Shown: positions 40,401-55,110, counted from the first letter of the stretch. The stretch: DNA of 64,000 bases from Eledone cirrhosa (GCA_964016885.1 OZ024757.1:20708001-20772000), one strand, 5' to 3'. A program made the numbers and translations. The notes: generated by a model from the sequence alone, not told the origin.

Positions 40401-41179
40401 AAACTAATCATTAATAAATTATAATCATTAATAAATAATAATCATATAGAATTATTTAGAATGTTTTTACCCAAATTTATTTAGAGAAGGGCATCAGATG
40501 GTGAAAGTTTGACCCTATATTTAACCTTATCTTTGATGAAATATTCTCCAGCCATGACCTTCCCTTTTTAAGTTGATAGTGTAGTATGTTGGGAGATTTA
40601 GCTGATATTTCTAGCAGGACAAATAAACACACTCAGACTCAATGTATATATAAGTATATATATATATCTGTCTGTATACATAAACTTGTGTGTGTGTGTG
40701 TGTGTGTATATAAATATATATTGTATGCAAATATATGTGTATGCATACGTGCGAGTATATATATACATATATATGTATATATGCACAAACATGTATACAC
40801 GTTTGTATGTGTGTGTATATGCACACACGTTTGCATATGTGTGTATACACAGACACACATATACATATACACACATATACATTACATACATGCAAACATA
40901 TCAAATACAACAGAAATATCTAAAATATGAACATCCCCTCCACCACACCCTCAAGAAAGAAGACAGAGAGAGAGGGGGGAGACAGAGAGAGAGAAACTGA
41001 CAAAGAAACAGAGATATAGAGATATAGAGATATAGAGAGAGATGTAGATAGAGAGAGAGAGAGACAGAGAGAAACTAACAGAGATATAGATAGAGAGAGA
41101 GAGAGAGACAGAGAGAAACTGACAAAGAAACAGATATATATATATATAGAGAGAGAGAGACTGAGAGAGAGAGAGAGAG

Positions 41180-41215
<36 letters not shown>

Positions 41216-41324
41216 AGAGAAACTGACAAAGAAACAGAGAGAGGGAGACAGTCAGACAGACAGACAGACAGACAGACAGACATACATACAGGCATGTAGT
41301 TATATCTGTTTGCTTTAGTTAATA

Positions 41325-41910
41325 GTAGCAGAATAGCCCGGCGTTGATCGGGAGTTGCTCTAGGGTTCTTATATATTTGATATATATTTTGTTACTGTGT
41401 ATGCAAAAATATCTGTACATGAATATATAATTATATATATATATATATATATATATTAAAATAGATTAAAGTTTAAGAAAAGAATCGTTGCTTTCACCCT
41501 TAACGGGATCTTCAGAAACTAAAAAAATCAATCTGTGAACGCAGAAGTAAATATTTCGAAAAACGTTACACACTATTTATATACACACACACTATATATA
41601 TATATATACATATATACACACACACACACAGTGTCATAATGTCGTAATGCAGACAGACAGACAGACATACAGACAGATATTATAAGGGCACAACGTTATA
41701 TCTATGTATCTATCTAAAAAGAAAGACTAAGAATTATAGAGAGAGATCGGTAAATCGCTTAATGCGGTCCCTAGGGCATTGAAAATTTGAAGGACCACAA
41801 GTATTACATGTGTAAAGTTTGAAAACAATCGGTTGGGTGGTTCTCGAGTTTTAGTGATTGGATAGACAGACAGACAGAGAGACGGGCATTCTCTGTTTTA
41901 GATATATAGA
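41325..41910 (-). mobile_element. Non-autonomous Helitron
   Basis: Minus strand A|TCTATATATCTAAAAC...(GTCT)n...; 3' hairpin cccgatcaacgccggg then ctgCTAC|T (degenerate CTAG). Confidence 0.7.
41470..41520 (-). ncRNA. Hammerhead motif, family K (stem III damaged)
   Basis: AGUUU-CUGAAGA-uCCC guuaa GGGu-GAAA-gcaacgauucuuuuc-UU-AAACU. Confidence 0.5.
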
Positions 41911-42057
41911 TAATGAATAACGTGAAGGTTTTAGATGAAAACATTTGAAGATAAAGTGAGATTTGTATTTATGGTAAGAGAAGTGAAAATAATAATAGAA
42001 CCTCGTTGCGTTTGTAAAACACGTCTATAGCTTGTCTTGTTGTTGACTGGTATAGGA

Positions 42058-42300
42058 TGGTGGGGGGGGGTGAAAGTGGGGGGGGGGGTGAAAGAGGATG
42101 GGAGTGAACGTGGGTGGGGGGGGGTGAAAGAGGATGGGAGTGAAACTGGGGGTGGGGGTGAAAGAGGGGTGGGAGTGAAAGTGGGATGGGAGTGAAAGTG
42201 GGGTGGGGTGAAAGAGGATGGGAGTGAAAGTGGGGTGGGGTGAAAGAGGATGGGAGTGAAAGTGGGGGTGGGGGTGAGAGAGAATGGGAGTGAAAGAGGT
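42058..42300. repeat. G-rich minisatellite (G4-prone)
   Basis: ggggtgaaagaggatgggagtgaaagt repeats. Confidence 0.85.
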
Positions 42301-42816
42301 GCGGGGATCCTATGTCATATTGTTTACTGGTTTGGGTGAGAGAGAGAGAAAAAGAAATAAGGGAGAGATGAGAGAGAGAGAGATAAATAAGAAAGAGATG
42401 AGAGAGAGAGATAAATAAGGAAGAGATGAGAGAGAGAGAGAGATGAGGGAGAGATGAGGAAGCTGTCTGGTTTGTGTCTTTTCAACTGAGACAATGGTTT
42501 ATGTATGAAAGTTGGATTGCCTGTGGTGTGTGTGTGTGTGTCAGCTGTAATTGTGTGTGGTGTGGTGCATGTGTGTGTGGTAGTGTGGTGGTGGAGTGGT
42601 GGTGATGGTCTGGTGTGGTGGTGGTGTGGTGGTGGTGTGGTGGTGGTGGTGTGGTGTGGTGGTGTGGTGTGCTGGTGGTGTGCTGGTGGTGGTGGTGTGT
42701 TGGTGTGGTGTGGTGTGGTGCATGTGTGTCTATAACGAAAAACAATTCAGATAATTAATCGATCATCAGATTTTTTGTTGTTTTCTCAAACATGTGTGAA
42801 TATATATGTGTATGTG

Positions 42817-42848
<32 letters not shown>

Positions 42849-42898
42849 TATATTAAAAAGGGGTGGGTGGGGAGATAAAAGTCAATTTTAACTTATAA

Positions 42899-43991
42899 TG
42901 CCCCAACCATGGTGTCTGACCCTCTACCAAAACTGCCAATCCACTGCCCCAACCATGGTGTCTGACCCTCTACCAAAACTGCCAATCCACTGCCCCAACC
43001 GTGGTGTCTGACCCTCAACCAATACTGCCAATCCACTGCCCCAACCATGGTGTCTGACCCTCTACCAAAACTGCCAATCCACTGCCCCAACCATGGTGTC
43101 TGACCCTCTACCAATACTGCCAATCCACTGCCCCAACCATGGTGTATGACCCTCTCCCAATACTGCCAATCCACTGCCCCAACCATGATGTATGACCCTC
43201 TACCAATACTGCCAATCCACTGCCCCAACCATGGTGTCTGACCCTCTACCAAAACTGCCAATCCACTGCCCCAACCATGGTGTCTGACCCTCTACCAATA
43301 CTGCCAATCAACTGCCCCAACCATGGTGTCTGACCCTCAACCAATACTGCCAATCCACTGCCCCAACCATGGTGTCTGATCTTCTACCAATACTGCCAAT
43401 CCACTGCCCCAACCATGGTGTCTGACCCTCTACCAATACTGCCAATCCACTGCCCCAACCATGGTGTCTGACCCTCTACCAATACTGCCAATCAACTGCC
43501 CCAACCATGGTGTCTGACCCTCTACCAATACTGCCAATCCACTGCCCCAACCATGGTGTATGAGCTTCTACAAATACTGCCAATCCACTGCCCCAACCAT
43601 GGTGTCTGACCCTCTACCAATACTGCCAATCCACTGCCCCAACCGTGGTGTCTGACCCTCAACCAATACTGCCAATCCACTGCCCCAACCATGGTGTCTG
43701 ACCCTCAACCAATACTGCCAATCCACTGCCCCAACCATGGTGTCTGATCTTCTACCAATACTGCCAAACCACTGCCCCAACCATGGTGTCTGACCCTCTA
43801 CCAATACTGCCAATCCACTGCCCCAACCATGGTGTCTGACCCTCTACCAATACTGCCAATCCACTGCCCCAACCATGGTGTCTGACCCTCTACCAATACC
43901 GCCAATCCACTGCCCCAACCATGGTGTCTGACCCTCTACCAAAACTGCCAATCCACTGCCCCAACCATGGTGTCTGACCCTCAACCAATAC
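42899..43991. repeat. 46-bp satellite, ~24 copies, derived from the SINE A tRNA head
   Basis: Unit ccactgccccaaccatggtgtctgaccctctaccaatactgccaat is the reverse complement of the SINE A 5' end. Confidence 0.93.
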
Positions 43992-44134
43992 AGTAATTCA
44001 GTGTTGTGCCACATTGCAAATATGGTGTTATATCAATAGCAGACGGGGTTGTCCCAGAATCGAATATTCTATTTTCTCTACACCCTATATTCCATTCTAT
44101 GTTTGGATTCAATGTAATCCTGTTTTATAATTCT

Positions 44135-44206
44135 GGAGTGACACCTGATGAGATCGCCTATCAGATGATAGAGCTGGGCCATCGAAATATATTATATTGT
44201 GATTTC
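44135..44206 (+). ncRNA. Hammerhead motif, family E
   Basis: CAC-CUGAUGA-GAUcGCCU...GGGCcAUC-GAAA-UAUAuUAUA-UU-GUG. Confidence 0.6.
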
Positions 44207-44420
44207 ATGGAATTAAAATTCTAAAGTAAATTTTCCAGTCCGGCCTTCTGTTGTTATTTTAATACCTTACTCTGTTCCTGCTCCAACCACTGGATACTAC
44301 ATCTATGATGGAGTATTTACATAATGTTGAGTGCTTTAATTAATTTGTTACATCACCGTTTACCAACCAGAACCACCAATTCTTCACATTGGTAAACAGC
44401 CTAACATAAATTATATATAT

Positions 44421-44680
44421 CGGGTGATGTGTTGTTTCCTTGAGCAAGACACTTTATTTCACATTGCTCCAGTTTACTCAGCTGTAGAAATGAGATGAGA
44501 GGGACTGCGGTCCATATCATTCCACTGCAAAGTGGTCGTGGAGGCGCCACGGCAAAAAAGCACCCAGCACTCACAGTAAATGAGGTTGGTGTTAGGAAGG
44601 GCATCCAGCTGTAGAAATCAAGCCAGAATCAGTTCCCGTCCCACCCTTTCAAGCAGGCAAAAACGGATGTAAAATGATGA

Positions 44681-44683
<3 letters not shown>
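44421..44683 (+). mobile_element. SINE family B, head truncated
   Basis: CORE to tail match. Confidence 0.9.
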
Positions 44684-44729
<46 letters not shown>

Positions 44730-45118
44730 CAAAGGGATATTTAATTTGTTGGTAATTCTACAAAATTTATAACAGATTCGAAGCACTCGACAAGTTTTCT
44801 GGAGTATAATATCAATGATATTAATAAATGGAAACTATATTTATAAAACCATATTTATTCTATTATCCAATAAAAAGTTGAACCCTTAAAGTCTTGTTCC
44901 TGGATATGTCAATATTTATAAAACAAACTTTGTATTTTAGCTTGTTAGACCTCTGCTGTCATTACCACAGCAAAGATCTGACGAGCTTTTGATTCCAGAG
45001 TTGGGCCAGATCAATACAGATCGAACTTTGAGCTGATCAATAGCAAAACGCACTTCACTATTGAATAAATGTAATGAATACATAACAAATCATCCTTTTT
45101 TTATTACTATATATATAT

Positions 45119-45440
45119 GGAGGCACATGGCTTAGTGGTTAGTGCATTGGCCTTGCAATCGAAAGGTTGTGAGTTCAATTCTCAGACCGGGTGATGTGTT
45201 GTTTCCTTGAGCAAGACACTTTATTTCACATTGCTCCAGTTTACTCAGCTGTAGAAATGAGATGATAGGGACTGGGGTCCCTATCATTCCACTGCAAAGT
45301 GGTCGTGGAGGTGCCACGGCAAAAAACCACCCAGCACTCACTGTAAATGAGGTTGGTGTTAGGAAGGGCATCCAGCTGTAGAGATCAAGCCAGAATCAGT
45401 TCCCGTCCCACCCTTGCAAGCAGGGAAAAGCGGACGTAAA

Positions 45441-45473
<33 letters not shown>
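45119..45473 (+). mobile_element. SINE family B, full length
   Basis: Family consensus; long (GAT)n tail. Confidence 0.92.
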
Positions 45474-45475
<2 letters not shown>

Positions 45476-45482
45476 AAGCTTC

Positions 45483-45650
45483 AGGACCCCGACGGCTGAG
45501 CTCTGGCCGTTTCAAAAGCTAGATCCGAATTCGGATCTAGCTGTTAGCTGTTGAAACATCCGGAAATCAGATGTTTTCATATAACCCACTCTACTAACCC
45601 AAGTATCGAGTACTCTGGAGGGTTATGGTCTATCTGGTATCTTACCACAC
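45483..45650. mobile_element. Diverged fold-back element, family P
   Basis: ggaccccgacggctgagctc head, central palindrome agctagatccgaattcggatctagct, family tail. Confidence 0.7.
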
Positions 45651-45739
45651 CCTCTCTGATATGAATATACATAGATATATTCTCAGTTGAAAAGAGGTAG
45701 TCACGGTTCTAGGATAACATTCTTCGCAGATTTCTGTTC

Positions 45740-46870
45740 TTGCACCACCGCAGTTTTCTGTTCTTGGCCCCCTTTTGTTTGTTGCATACATTAATGACAT
45801 AGATGCCAATTTAATGAATGCTACAATAAGCTGAACCTTGAGATAAAAAGGACAGAACCTGAACACTATAGATCTTTCCTGCAATCAGACCTGAACACAA
45901 TGCAGCAATGGATCAGACCTGAACACAATGCAGCAATGGATCAGACCTGAACACAATGCAGCAATGGATCAAACCTGAACACAATGCAGCAATGGATCAG
46001 ACCTGAACACAGTGCAGCAATGGATCAGACCTGAACACATTGCAGCAATGGATCAGACCTGAACACAATGCAGCAATGGATCAGACATGAACACAATGCA
46101 GCAATGGATCAGACTTGAACACAGTGCAGCAATGGATCAGACCTGAACACAATGCAGCAATGGATCAGACCTGAACACATTGCAGCAATGGATCAGACCT
46201 GAACACATTGCAGCAATGGATCAGACCTGAACACATTGCAGCAATGGATCAGACCTGAACACAATGCAGCAATGGATCAGACCTGAACACATTGCAGCAA
46301 TGGATCAGATCTGAACACATTGCAGCAATGGATCAGACCTGAACACAATGCAGCAATGGATCAGACCTGAACACAATGCAGCAATGGATCAGACCTGAAC
46401 ACATTGCAGCAATGGATCAGACCTGAACACAGTGCAGTAATGGATCAGACATGAACACAGTGCAGCAATGGATCAGACCTGAACACAATGCAGCAATGGA
46501 TCAGACCTAAACACATTGCAGCAATGGATCAGACCTAAACACATTGCAGCAATGGATCAGACCTGAACACATTGCAGCAATGGATCAGACCTGAACACAA
46601 TGCAGCAATGGATCACGGACTGGCATCTCAAACTGGCTGTCGACAAGTGCACCACCATGCATTTTGGGAGGAAAACTCAGCGTCCACATACTCCTTCCAC
46701 AACACTAATATCAAGAAGTCTTCTTGTGAACATGACCTGGACATTACGGTCAGCAACGATTTGCGTTGGACGAAGCACGTCTCTAAAATTGTCAAGAAGG
46801 CTAAGGGAGTCTTAGCATGACTCAGCAAGACCTTTGTCAGCCGCTCTCCAGCTATCTATTTAAAGCTATG
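45740..46870 (+). mobile_element. CR1/L2-group reverse transcriptase fragment interrupted by a 28-bp array
   Basis: PQFSVLGPLLFVAYINDI; LQSDLNTMQQWITDWHLKLAVDKCTTMHFG; EHDLDITVSNDLRWTKHV..KKA. Confidence 0.88.
45884..46614. repeat. 28-bp minisatellite, ~26 copies
   Basis: atcagacctgaacacaatgcagcaatgg. Confidence 0.97.
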
Positions 46871-46903
46871 ATGTGGCCACGTGTATATACATATATATGT
46901 ATG

Positions 46904-47017
<114 letters not shown>

Positions 47018-47025
47018 CACATATA

Positions 47026-47071
<46 letters not shown>

Positions 47072-47072
47072 C

Positions 47073-47109
<37 letters not shown>

Positions 47110-47117
47110 ATACATAC

Positions 47118-47154
<37 letters not shown>

Positions 47155-47268
47155 ATATATATACATACACATATATATACATATATATATATATATACAT
47201 ACAGACACATATATATATATATATACATATATATATACATATATATATATGTATGTATATATGTATCT

Positions 47269-47402
47269 AGCACTCAGCACTCACTGTAAATGAGGTTGGT
47301 GTTAGGAAGGGCATCCAGCTGTAGAAATCAAGCCAGAATCAGTTCCAGTCCCACCCTTGCAAGCAGAGAAAAGTGGACGTAAAATGAAATGATGATGATG
47401 AT
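47269..47402 (+). mobile_element. SINE family B, 3' fragment
   Basis: Tail match. Confidence 0.85.
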
Positions 47403-47448
47403 ACATACATATACATATATATACATACATATACATATATATATATTG

Positions 47449-47513
47449 TATTTTGTCTGATGAAGGCATACCATAATTTAATTTGGTATCCCTGAAATAT
47501 GTATAATGAAATA
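47449..47513 (+). ncRNA. Type I hammerhead ribozyme, family B variant
   Basis: UAUUUUGU-CUGAUGA-aGGcAUACCA uaauuuaauu UGGUAUcCCu-GAAA-UAUGUA-UA-AUGAAAUA. Confidence 0.7.
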
Positions 47514-48126
47514 AATATGGTTTTATAAATATAGTTTCCATTTATTAATATCGTATACATACACATACATATATATATACATATACATACATATATATAT
47601 ACATATACATACATATATACATATACATACATATATATATACATACATACATACATATATATATACATACATATATATATACATACATACATATATATAT
47701 ACATACATACATATATATATACATACATATATATATACATACATACATATATATATACATACATATATATATACATACATACATATATACATACATACAT
47801 ATATATATACATACATATATATATACATACATATATATATACATACATACATATATACATACATACATATATACATACATACATATATATATATATACAT
47901 ACATATATATATACATACATACATATATATATACATACATATATATATACATACATACATATATATATACATACATATATATATACATACATATATACAT
48001 ACATATATATATACATACATATATATATACATACATATATATATACATACATACATATATATATACATACATATATATATACATACATATATATATACAT
48101 ACATACATATATACATACATACATAT

Positions 48127-48175
<49 letters not shown>

Positions 48176-48338
48176 CATATATATATATACATACATATAT
48201 ACATATATATATTTATATATATATATATACATACACATACATATATATATATACATACACACATATATATACATACATACATACATATATTCTTTTCTCT
48301 TAGTCTTCGGCGCTTTTCGGCGAATCGAGCAGTATGTA

Positions 48339-48370
<32 letters not shown>

Positions 48371-48416
48371 TTACTGTTGGCTTCTTGCTCACATTAATTT
48401 CTCTATTTTCATTTAC

Positions 48417-48452
<36 letters not shown>

Positions 48453-48530
48453 CACACACACACGGTAGCATGCGGTATTCCGTAAGACAGTGAGACTTGA
48501 ACACATTACAAGCCTAGAATAGACACAAAC

Positions 48531-48575
<45 letters not shown>

Positions 48576-48578
<3 letters not shown>

Positions 48579-48765
48579 GAAAGTATGACCCCGACGGCAG
48601 AGCTCAAGCCGTTTCGACGGCTATTCCAGTCCAGAAATAGCCGTCGAAACGGCTTCAGATCTGCCGTCGGAGTCATACGTTCTCCTATTACCCACTCTAC
48701 TACCCTAAGTATTGAGTACTCAGGTGCCTTATGGTCCATCTGGTTTCTTACCACAATTCCTGCGT

Positions 48766-48770
<5 letters not shown>
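48576..48770. mobile_element. Fold-back TA-inserted element, family P
   Basis: Palindromic head plus family tail; (TA)n on both sides. Confidence 0.85.
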
Positions 48771-48807
<37 letters not shown>

Positions 48808-49074
48808 TATACACAAGACAAAGGTAAAACACAGACTTACTAACGCACACAACATCCACACATACATGCACATAAAGACACACATACATGCACATAAAGA
48901 CACATGCACTCTACATAATGCATTAGAGAGAAGTGGGAGGGGAACGTCATTGTTTCTCAACACTACTCTATCTCTGTCACCCACCCCCCTCTCTCTACAT
49001 TTATCTATCTATCTGTTTCATTGTTGTCGCGATATACCATTTGTTTCGCTTGCTTTGCTTTCATTCTTTGTGTG

Positions 49075-49117
<43 letters not shown>

Positions 49118-49850
49118 TCTATATTAAAACTGTTATACTCTGCAATGTATTGAGTACCTTACTTACTGTGGTTACCTCCGATTCAACCCGGAATAACGTA
49201 TATATATATATATAAATAAATACATACATACATATAAATATATAGATAGATATATATATCCATTTATATATCAATACATTAATACATACATACAAATACA
49301 TATTTATATATAAATAATACATATATATATAAAAATAATACATATAAATAAAAATACATACATACATATAAATACATATATATAAATACATATATATATA
49401 TATATAAATACATATATGTATATATAAATACATATAAACACATATGTATATATATAAATACATATATATATAAATATATATATACACACACATATATATA
49501 TGTGTGTGTATATATGTGTGTCTGTGTATTTACATATATATATATACAGACAGACACACATATATATATATATACAGACAGACACACATATATATATAAA
49601 TACAGACACAGACACACACACACATATATATATAAATACACAGACACACACACATATATATATATGTATGTGTGCGTATACAAACGTAATGTTATAAATA
49701 TATATACTACGTGATCTACACTCTATAGTAATATTATAGCAGCATGCACAACTGATATACTTATTGCATATGCATGCATGCATGCATGTGTGTAATATAT
49801 ACACACACACTCATATATATATACATACATATATATACACACATATATAT

Positions 49851-49891
<41 letters not shown>

Positions 49892-50074
49892 CCACACACA
49901 TTTGTTCAAGATTTTCTATATACCAGCCTAGATTTCTGCTCGTTTCCATAATACTATGATTCGATATATTTCGTCATCCTACATGAAATTATATTCTTCT
50001 GTGCATGAGACAGGTATCACCTTAATCACGCTACACCTGTAGAGATGACACCCCAATCTCTCTCTCATGATGAT

Positions 50075-50656
50075 AATAATTTTCTACTTTTTGGCACAAG
50101 GCCAGCAAATTAACCCAGTACATTACTGGTACTTTATTTTATCGACCCTGTAAGGATGAAAGGCAAAGTTAACCTCGACGGGATTTGAACTCTCATAATA
50201 ATAATAATTGTTTCTACTTTTGGCACAAGGCCAGCAATTACCTCAGTGTATTACTGGTACTTTATTTTATCGACCCCGTAAGGATGAAAGGCAAAGTCAA
50301 CCTCGACGGGATTTGAACTTTCATAATAATAATAATAATAATTGTTTCTACTTTTGACACAAGGCCAGCAATTACCTCAGTGTATTACTGGTACTTTATT
50401 TTATCGACCCCGTAAGGATGAAAGGCAAAGTTAACCTCGACGGGGTTTGAACTCTCATAATAATAATAATTGTTTCTACTTTTGGCACAAGGCCAGCAAA
50501 TACCCAGTACATTACTGGTACTTTATTTTATCGACCCTGTAAGGATGAAAGGCAAAGTTAACCTCGACGGGATTTGAACTCAAAATGGCAAGGGCCGTAA
50601 TTTCTATGCGTCAAAGCATGGCGTCCGACCCTCTACCGATTCTGCCAATCCACCGC
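50075..50656 (-). mobile_element. SINE A followed by three tandem copies of its 3' two-thirds
   Basis: Units of about 125 bp, each starting at the B box (gagttcaaatccc). Confidence 0.9.
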
Positions 50657-51082
50657 CCTAATAATTGTTTCTACTTTAGGCACAAACCAGCCATTTATGA
50701 GGAAGGTTGAAGTCGTGCAAATTGACCCTAGTACTTTTCTGGTACTAAATAAATAAATAAATAAATAAATAGAAATTTTAAAAAAAAACCATACACGACA
50801 TAATATATTAGATGTTTGATGCCCTGCCCTCTTCATGTATTGATGGTCATTGCCGGACTGGACTTAATCATAAACGATAAACGGAGAGAGAGGAAGAGGG
50901 TGGAAGCTAAACACCAACAAATAATCTGCTCCATTATAACAGCTTGTTTGCGGAAGAGAAAAAGGGGGAAAGATTGAAAGCCAGTCAAGTGAGTCCCCAT
51001 AGATATGTACACACCAACCAAACCCTCTTTTACACCAGCTCCGATCAACAGGAAGATAGTTGTGCTGGATGTTCTCCCCTTT

Positions 51083-52103
51083 CCACCACTATGTCACCCA
51101 CCACTACCATAACAACCACCATCACCACCACCACCACCACCACCGATATCATCACAACCACCACCACCACCAATACCATCACAACCACCACCACCACCAC
51201 CACCAATATCATCACAACAACCACCACCACCACAACCACCACCACCACAACCACCACTACCACCACCACCACTACCATCACAACCACCACCACCAATATC
51301 ACAACCACCAATACCATCACTACCACCAGTACCATCACCACAACCACCACCACCAATATCATCACATCCACCACTACCACCACCACAATCATCACAACCA
51401 CCACTACCAATACCATCATTACCACCACCACCAGTACCATCACTACTACCACAACCAATATCATCACAAACACCACCAATATCATCACAACTACCACCAA
51501 TACCACCAATATCAACACCACCACCACTGCTATCACAACCACAACAATCAACACCACCACCACCACCACAACAACAACAATCAACACCACCACTGCTACC
51601 ACCGCCACCACAACCATAACCATCACCACCAATATCACCACTGCTACCACAACCACAACAATGAGCAACACCACAACCACCACCACCACAACAATCAACA
51701 CCACCACTGCTACCACCGCCACTACAACCAACACTACCACAGCCACCACCACCACCACAACAATCAACACCACCACTGCTACCACCACCACCACAACTAT
51801 AACCACCAATATCAGCACTGCTACCACAACCACAACAATGAACACCACCACCACCACCACCACAACAACAATCAACACCGCTGCCACCGCCACCACCACA
51901 ACAACCATCACCACTGCTACCACAACCACAACAATCAACACCACCACAGCCACCACCACCACCACCACCACAACTATAACCACCAATATCACCACTGCTA
52001 CCACAACCACAACAATCAACACCACCACCACCACCACAACAATGAACACCACCACAACAACAATCAACACCACCGCCACCACCACCACCACAACAACCAT
52101 CAC
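51083..52103. repeat. (ACC/ACA)n-rich degenerate trinucleotide repeat
   Basis: All three long ORFs over it are homopolymer-like (T, H, V). Confidence 0.9.
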
Positions 52104-52179
52104 CTCTATTTATTACTACAGCCGTTACAATTACGAGACTGCTGCAGCAGAAACAAGTGCCGACAAATTGCTTGGTTTA

Positions 52180-52870
52180 ATAATAATAATAATAATAATT
52201 GTTTCTATTTTTGGCACAAGGCCAGCAATTACCCAGTGCATTACTGGTACTTTATTTTATTGACCCCATAAGGATGAAAGGCAAAGTTAACCTCGGCGGG
52301 ATTTGAACTCTGAATGGCAAGGGCCATAACTCTATGCGTCAAAGCATGACGTCAGACCTTCTACCGATACTGCCAATCCATTGCTTTCTGATTTAGGCAC
52401 AAGGCTAACAATTTGTAGGCAAAGGGAAAAGTCGATCATATCGATCCCAGTGCTTTACTGGTACTTTATTTTATCGATATCGGAACGATGAAAAGCAAAG
52501 CTGACCTCTAATAATTGTTTCTAATTAAATATTCGTCCTAATGTTGACACAAGGCCAGCTTATGAGGTAGGGGAAAGATGATAGCAACCCCAATACTTAA
52601 CTGATATTTTGTCGCCCCCAGAAGGATGAAAGACAAAGCTGACCTCAGCTTTGCCTTTTATCCTTCTAGGGTCGAAAAAAATAAGATTCTAATATTTGGT
52701 ACAATACCAGCAATTTAGGGTAGGGGGAAATTCGATTATAATCAACCCCAGTGCTTGACTGCTACCTTTTCGACCTCCAAAATGACGAAAGATAAAGTTG
52801 ACCCCCGGCGAGATTTGAATAATTAAAAATTCTTTCCAACATTGGAACAAGGTCAACAATTTGAGGCCAG
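52180..52870 (-). mobile_element. SINE A copy (52180-52381) plus a cluster of older SINE A-related fragments
   Basis: Repeated ggcacaaggcc and gatgaaaggcaaagttgacctc motifs in both orientations. Confidence 0.75.
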
Positions 52871-53365
52871 ACAAGGAAAGTTGATTTAATCGACTCCAGT
52901 ACTAGTACTTTATTTATCGACCTCGTCAGAGAATGACCAAGACGGCGGTAGAAGAATGATATTATAAAATAAAATTGCTAGTTTTAATAACAACAACAAT
53001 AATAATAATAATAATAGTTATTATTAATTAATTAACCACAAAATAATTATTTCTTTACTTAATTAACCACGTAATAACAATAATTTCTTTTATTGGCAAC
53101 GAGGACCGAATACATTGGTGACAGTAAATATAAGGACGAAAAACAACACAGAAAGGGGTGAGTTTACATTGAAAAAAGAGAAGATTTCAATAAAAAAAAA
53201 TGATTCCTTTTAATTAGTCACAAAGGCCCAATACATTGGGGACAATACACGAACAGGAATGACAATAATTTCTTTAAATGGCCACCACAACGGCTGAAGA
53301 TGTTAGAGACAGCATAAGGTGACGATATATATATATAATTTAAACTTCATACACATAACATGTAT

Positions 53366-53447
53366 GCGCGACCTTGGGTTTCGGGGTCCAGTTATGGCCA
53401 CCACTGCATAGTGGAGGGGCCGTTCTAAAACTGGCCTCATCGGGCGC
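53366..53447 (-). ncRNA. Type I hammerhead ribozyme, family F (U4C core variant, long stem II)
   Basis: GCGC-CCGAUGA-GG CCAGUU..GGCC..CCACU augc AGUGG..GGCC..AACUGG..CC-GAAA-CC caa GG-UC-GCGC. Confidence 0.7.
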
Positions 53448-53485
53448 TAGGATTAAATTATCTGGTTATACACAGACACACACAC

Positions 53486-53599
<114 letters not shown>

Positions 53600-55078
53600 T
53601 TAATAATATAGATACATATATATGTTTGTGTATGTATATATAAACCCAGAGAATGGTGAGGGTATATCGAGGAAAATGGACAATGTGAATAAGAATATTA
53701 TTTCTATTATAGGCACAAAGCCAGCAATTGGGGGGGGGGGGGGGGTGATTTAATCGACCCCCACCGCGTGACTGGTACTTTATTTTACCGACTCCGTAAA
53801 ACAATAAGTGTTTCTACTTTTGGCACAAGGCCAGCAATTATTCCAGAGCATTACTGGTACTTTATTTAATCGACCCCGTAAGGATATGAAAGGCAAAAAG
53901 AACGAAGAAGAAGAAGAAAAACGACGAAAAAGACGTGGTTAAAGCGATGATGATGATGATGACATGAAATAATAAATTCTATGAAAGGAAGAAAATAGAA
54001 GGGAGTAAGTGGTGGAAAAACCTGACAATGTGCAGAATCTGCATTAGGAAACTAAACGGCATTTACTGGCTGCGAATACACAAACTACATCTGTGTGTGT
54101 GTGTGTCTGTGTGTGTGTGTGTGTGTGTGTCTGTGTGTGTGTATACATGTGTATATATTGATAGGGTTGTAGAATTATGGACAGATGAATGACAACAAAC
54201 AATATAATACGAGTCGTATTTGTGTGTGTGTGTGTGCGTGCGTGCGCTGTAAAGTACTCGTTTTTCGCCTTGCTGGCTTGTGGTCGGCGAAACTCGAAGA
54301 CCTGTCAACTTGGATGTACAGTATAATAACAGACACACAATTGCATGTTAGTGTAAATAGGTGTAGAATGCGTATGTAGTATACATTACATATATTATAT
54401 TCCATTGCGTAAATAATAAATATTGTAGTAATGCATAACGGTTAATACATTTCAAATGAAAAACGAAAGTAAATTATTATATATACAATATATACGACAC
54501 GCTTCTTACAATTAAACCATTCGACCACCGACAACACTTTGCCGCTTTCATTGTATATTTTGGTATATTATATTTATAATGTTTCTAGCAATAGTTAATT
54601 GATTATAAGTATGTACTTCTATTTAATCATATATATTTTTTATGTGATAATAAAATCATATAAGAATCCCTAAGAAACACTGTTGCCGGCTGGAATTATA
54701 AAATGGTTAGAACCATGCATACATATAAACATGGAACATATGAAAGATAAACGAGGAAACTGCATTGGAAAATACTACGGAACATCCCTAAAATACTCCG
54801 ATACCCATCTTGTCAACACAAACACGAAACCCTTATATATATATAATATATATATATATATATAAGGGTTTTGTGTTTGTGTATATATATATATATATAT
54901 TCATTTATATTAAGGCTGAAAGGTGAGTTTTGTTACTCTGGATTTCGCCTGTGAATGTTAAAACTGCTTCGGTATTGAGTACTCCTCTCAGCTGCCAACC
55001 ACATACAGATGCATACATATATATATATATATATATCCCTTTGCTTATATATATATACCCCCTGTTAAGATACTCATC

Positions 55079-55110
<32 letters not shown>

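Noticed and set aside
50944-52263. 439-aa Thr-rich mucin-like ORF
   Set aside because: It is an ACC microsatellite open in several frames, has a non-ATG start and no signal peptide, and its C-terminus runs into a SINE. An exon cannot be fully excluded without RNA data.
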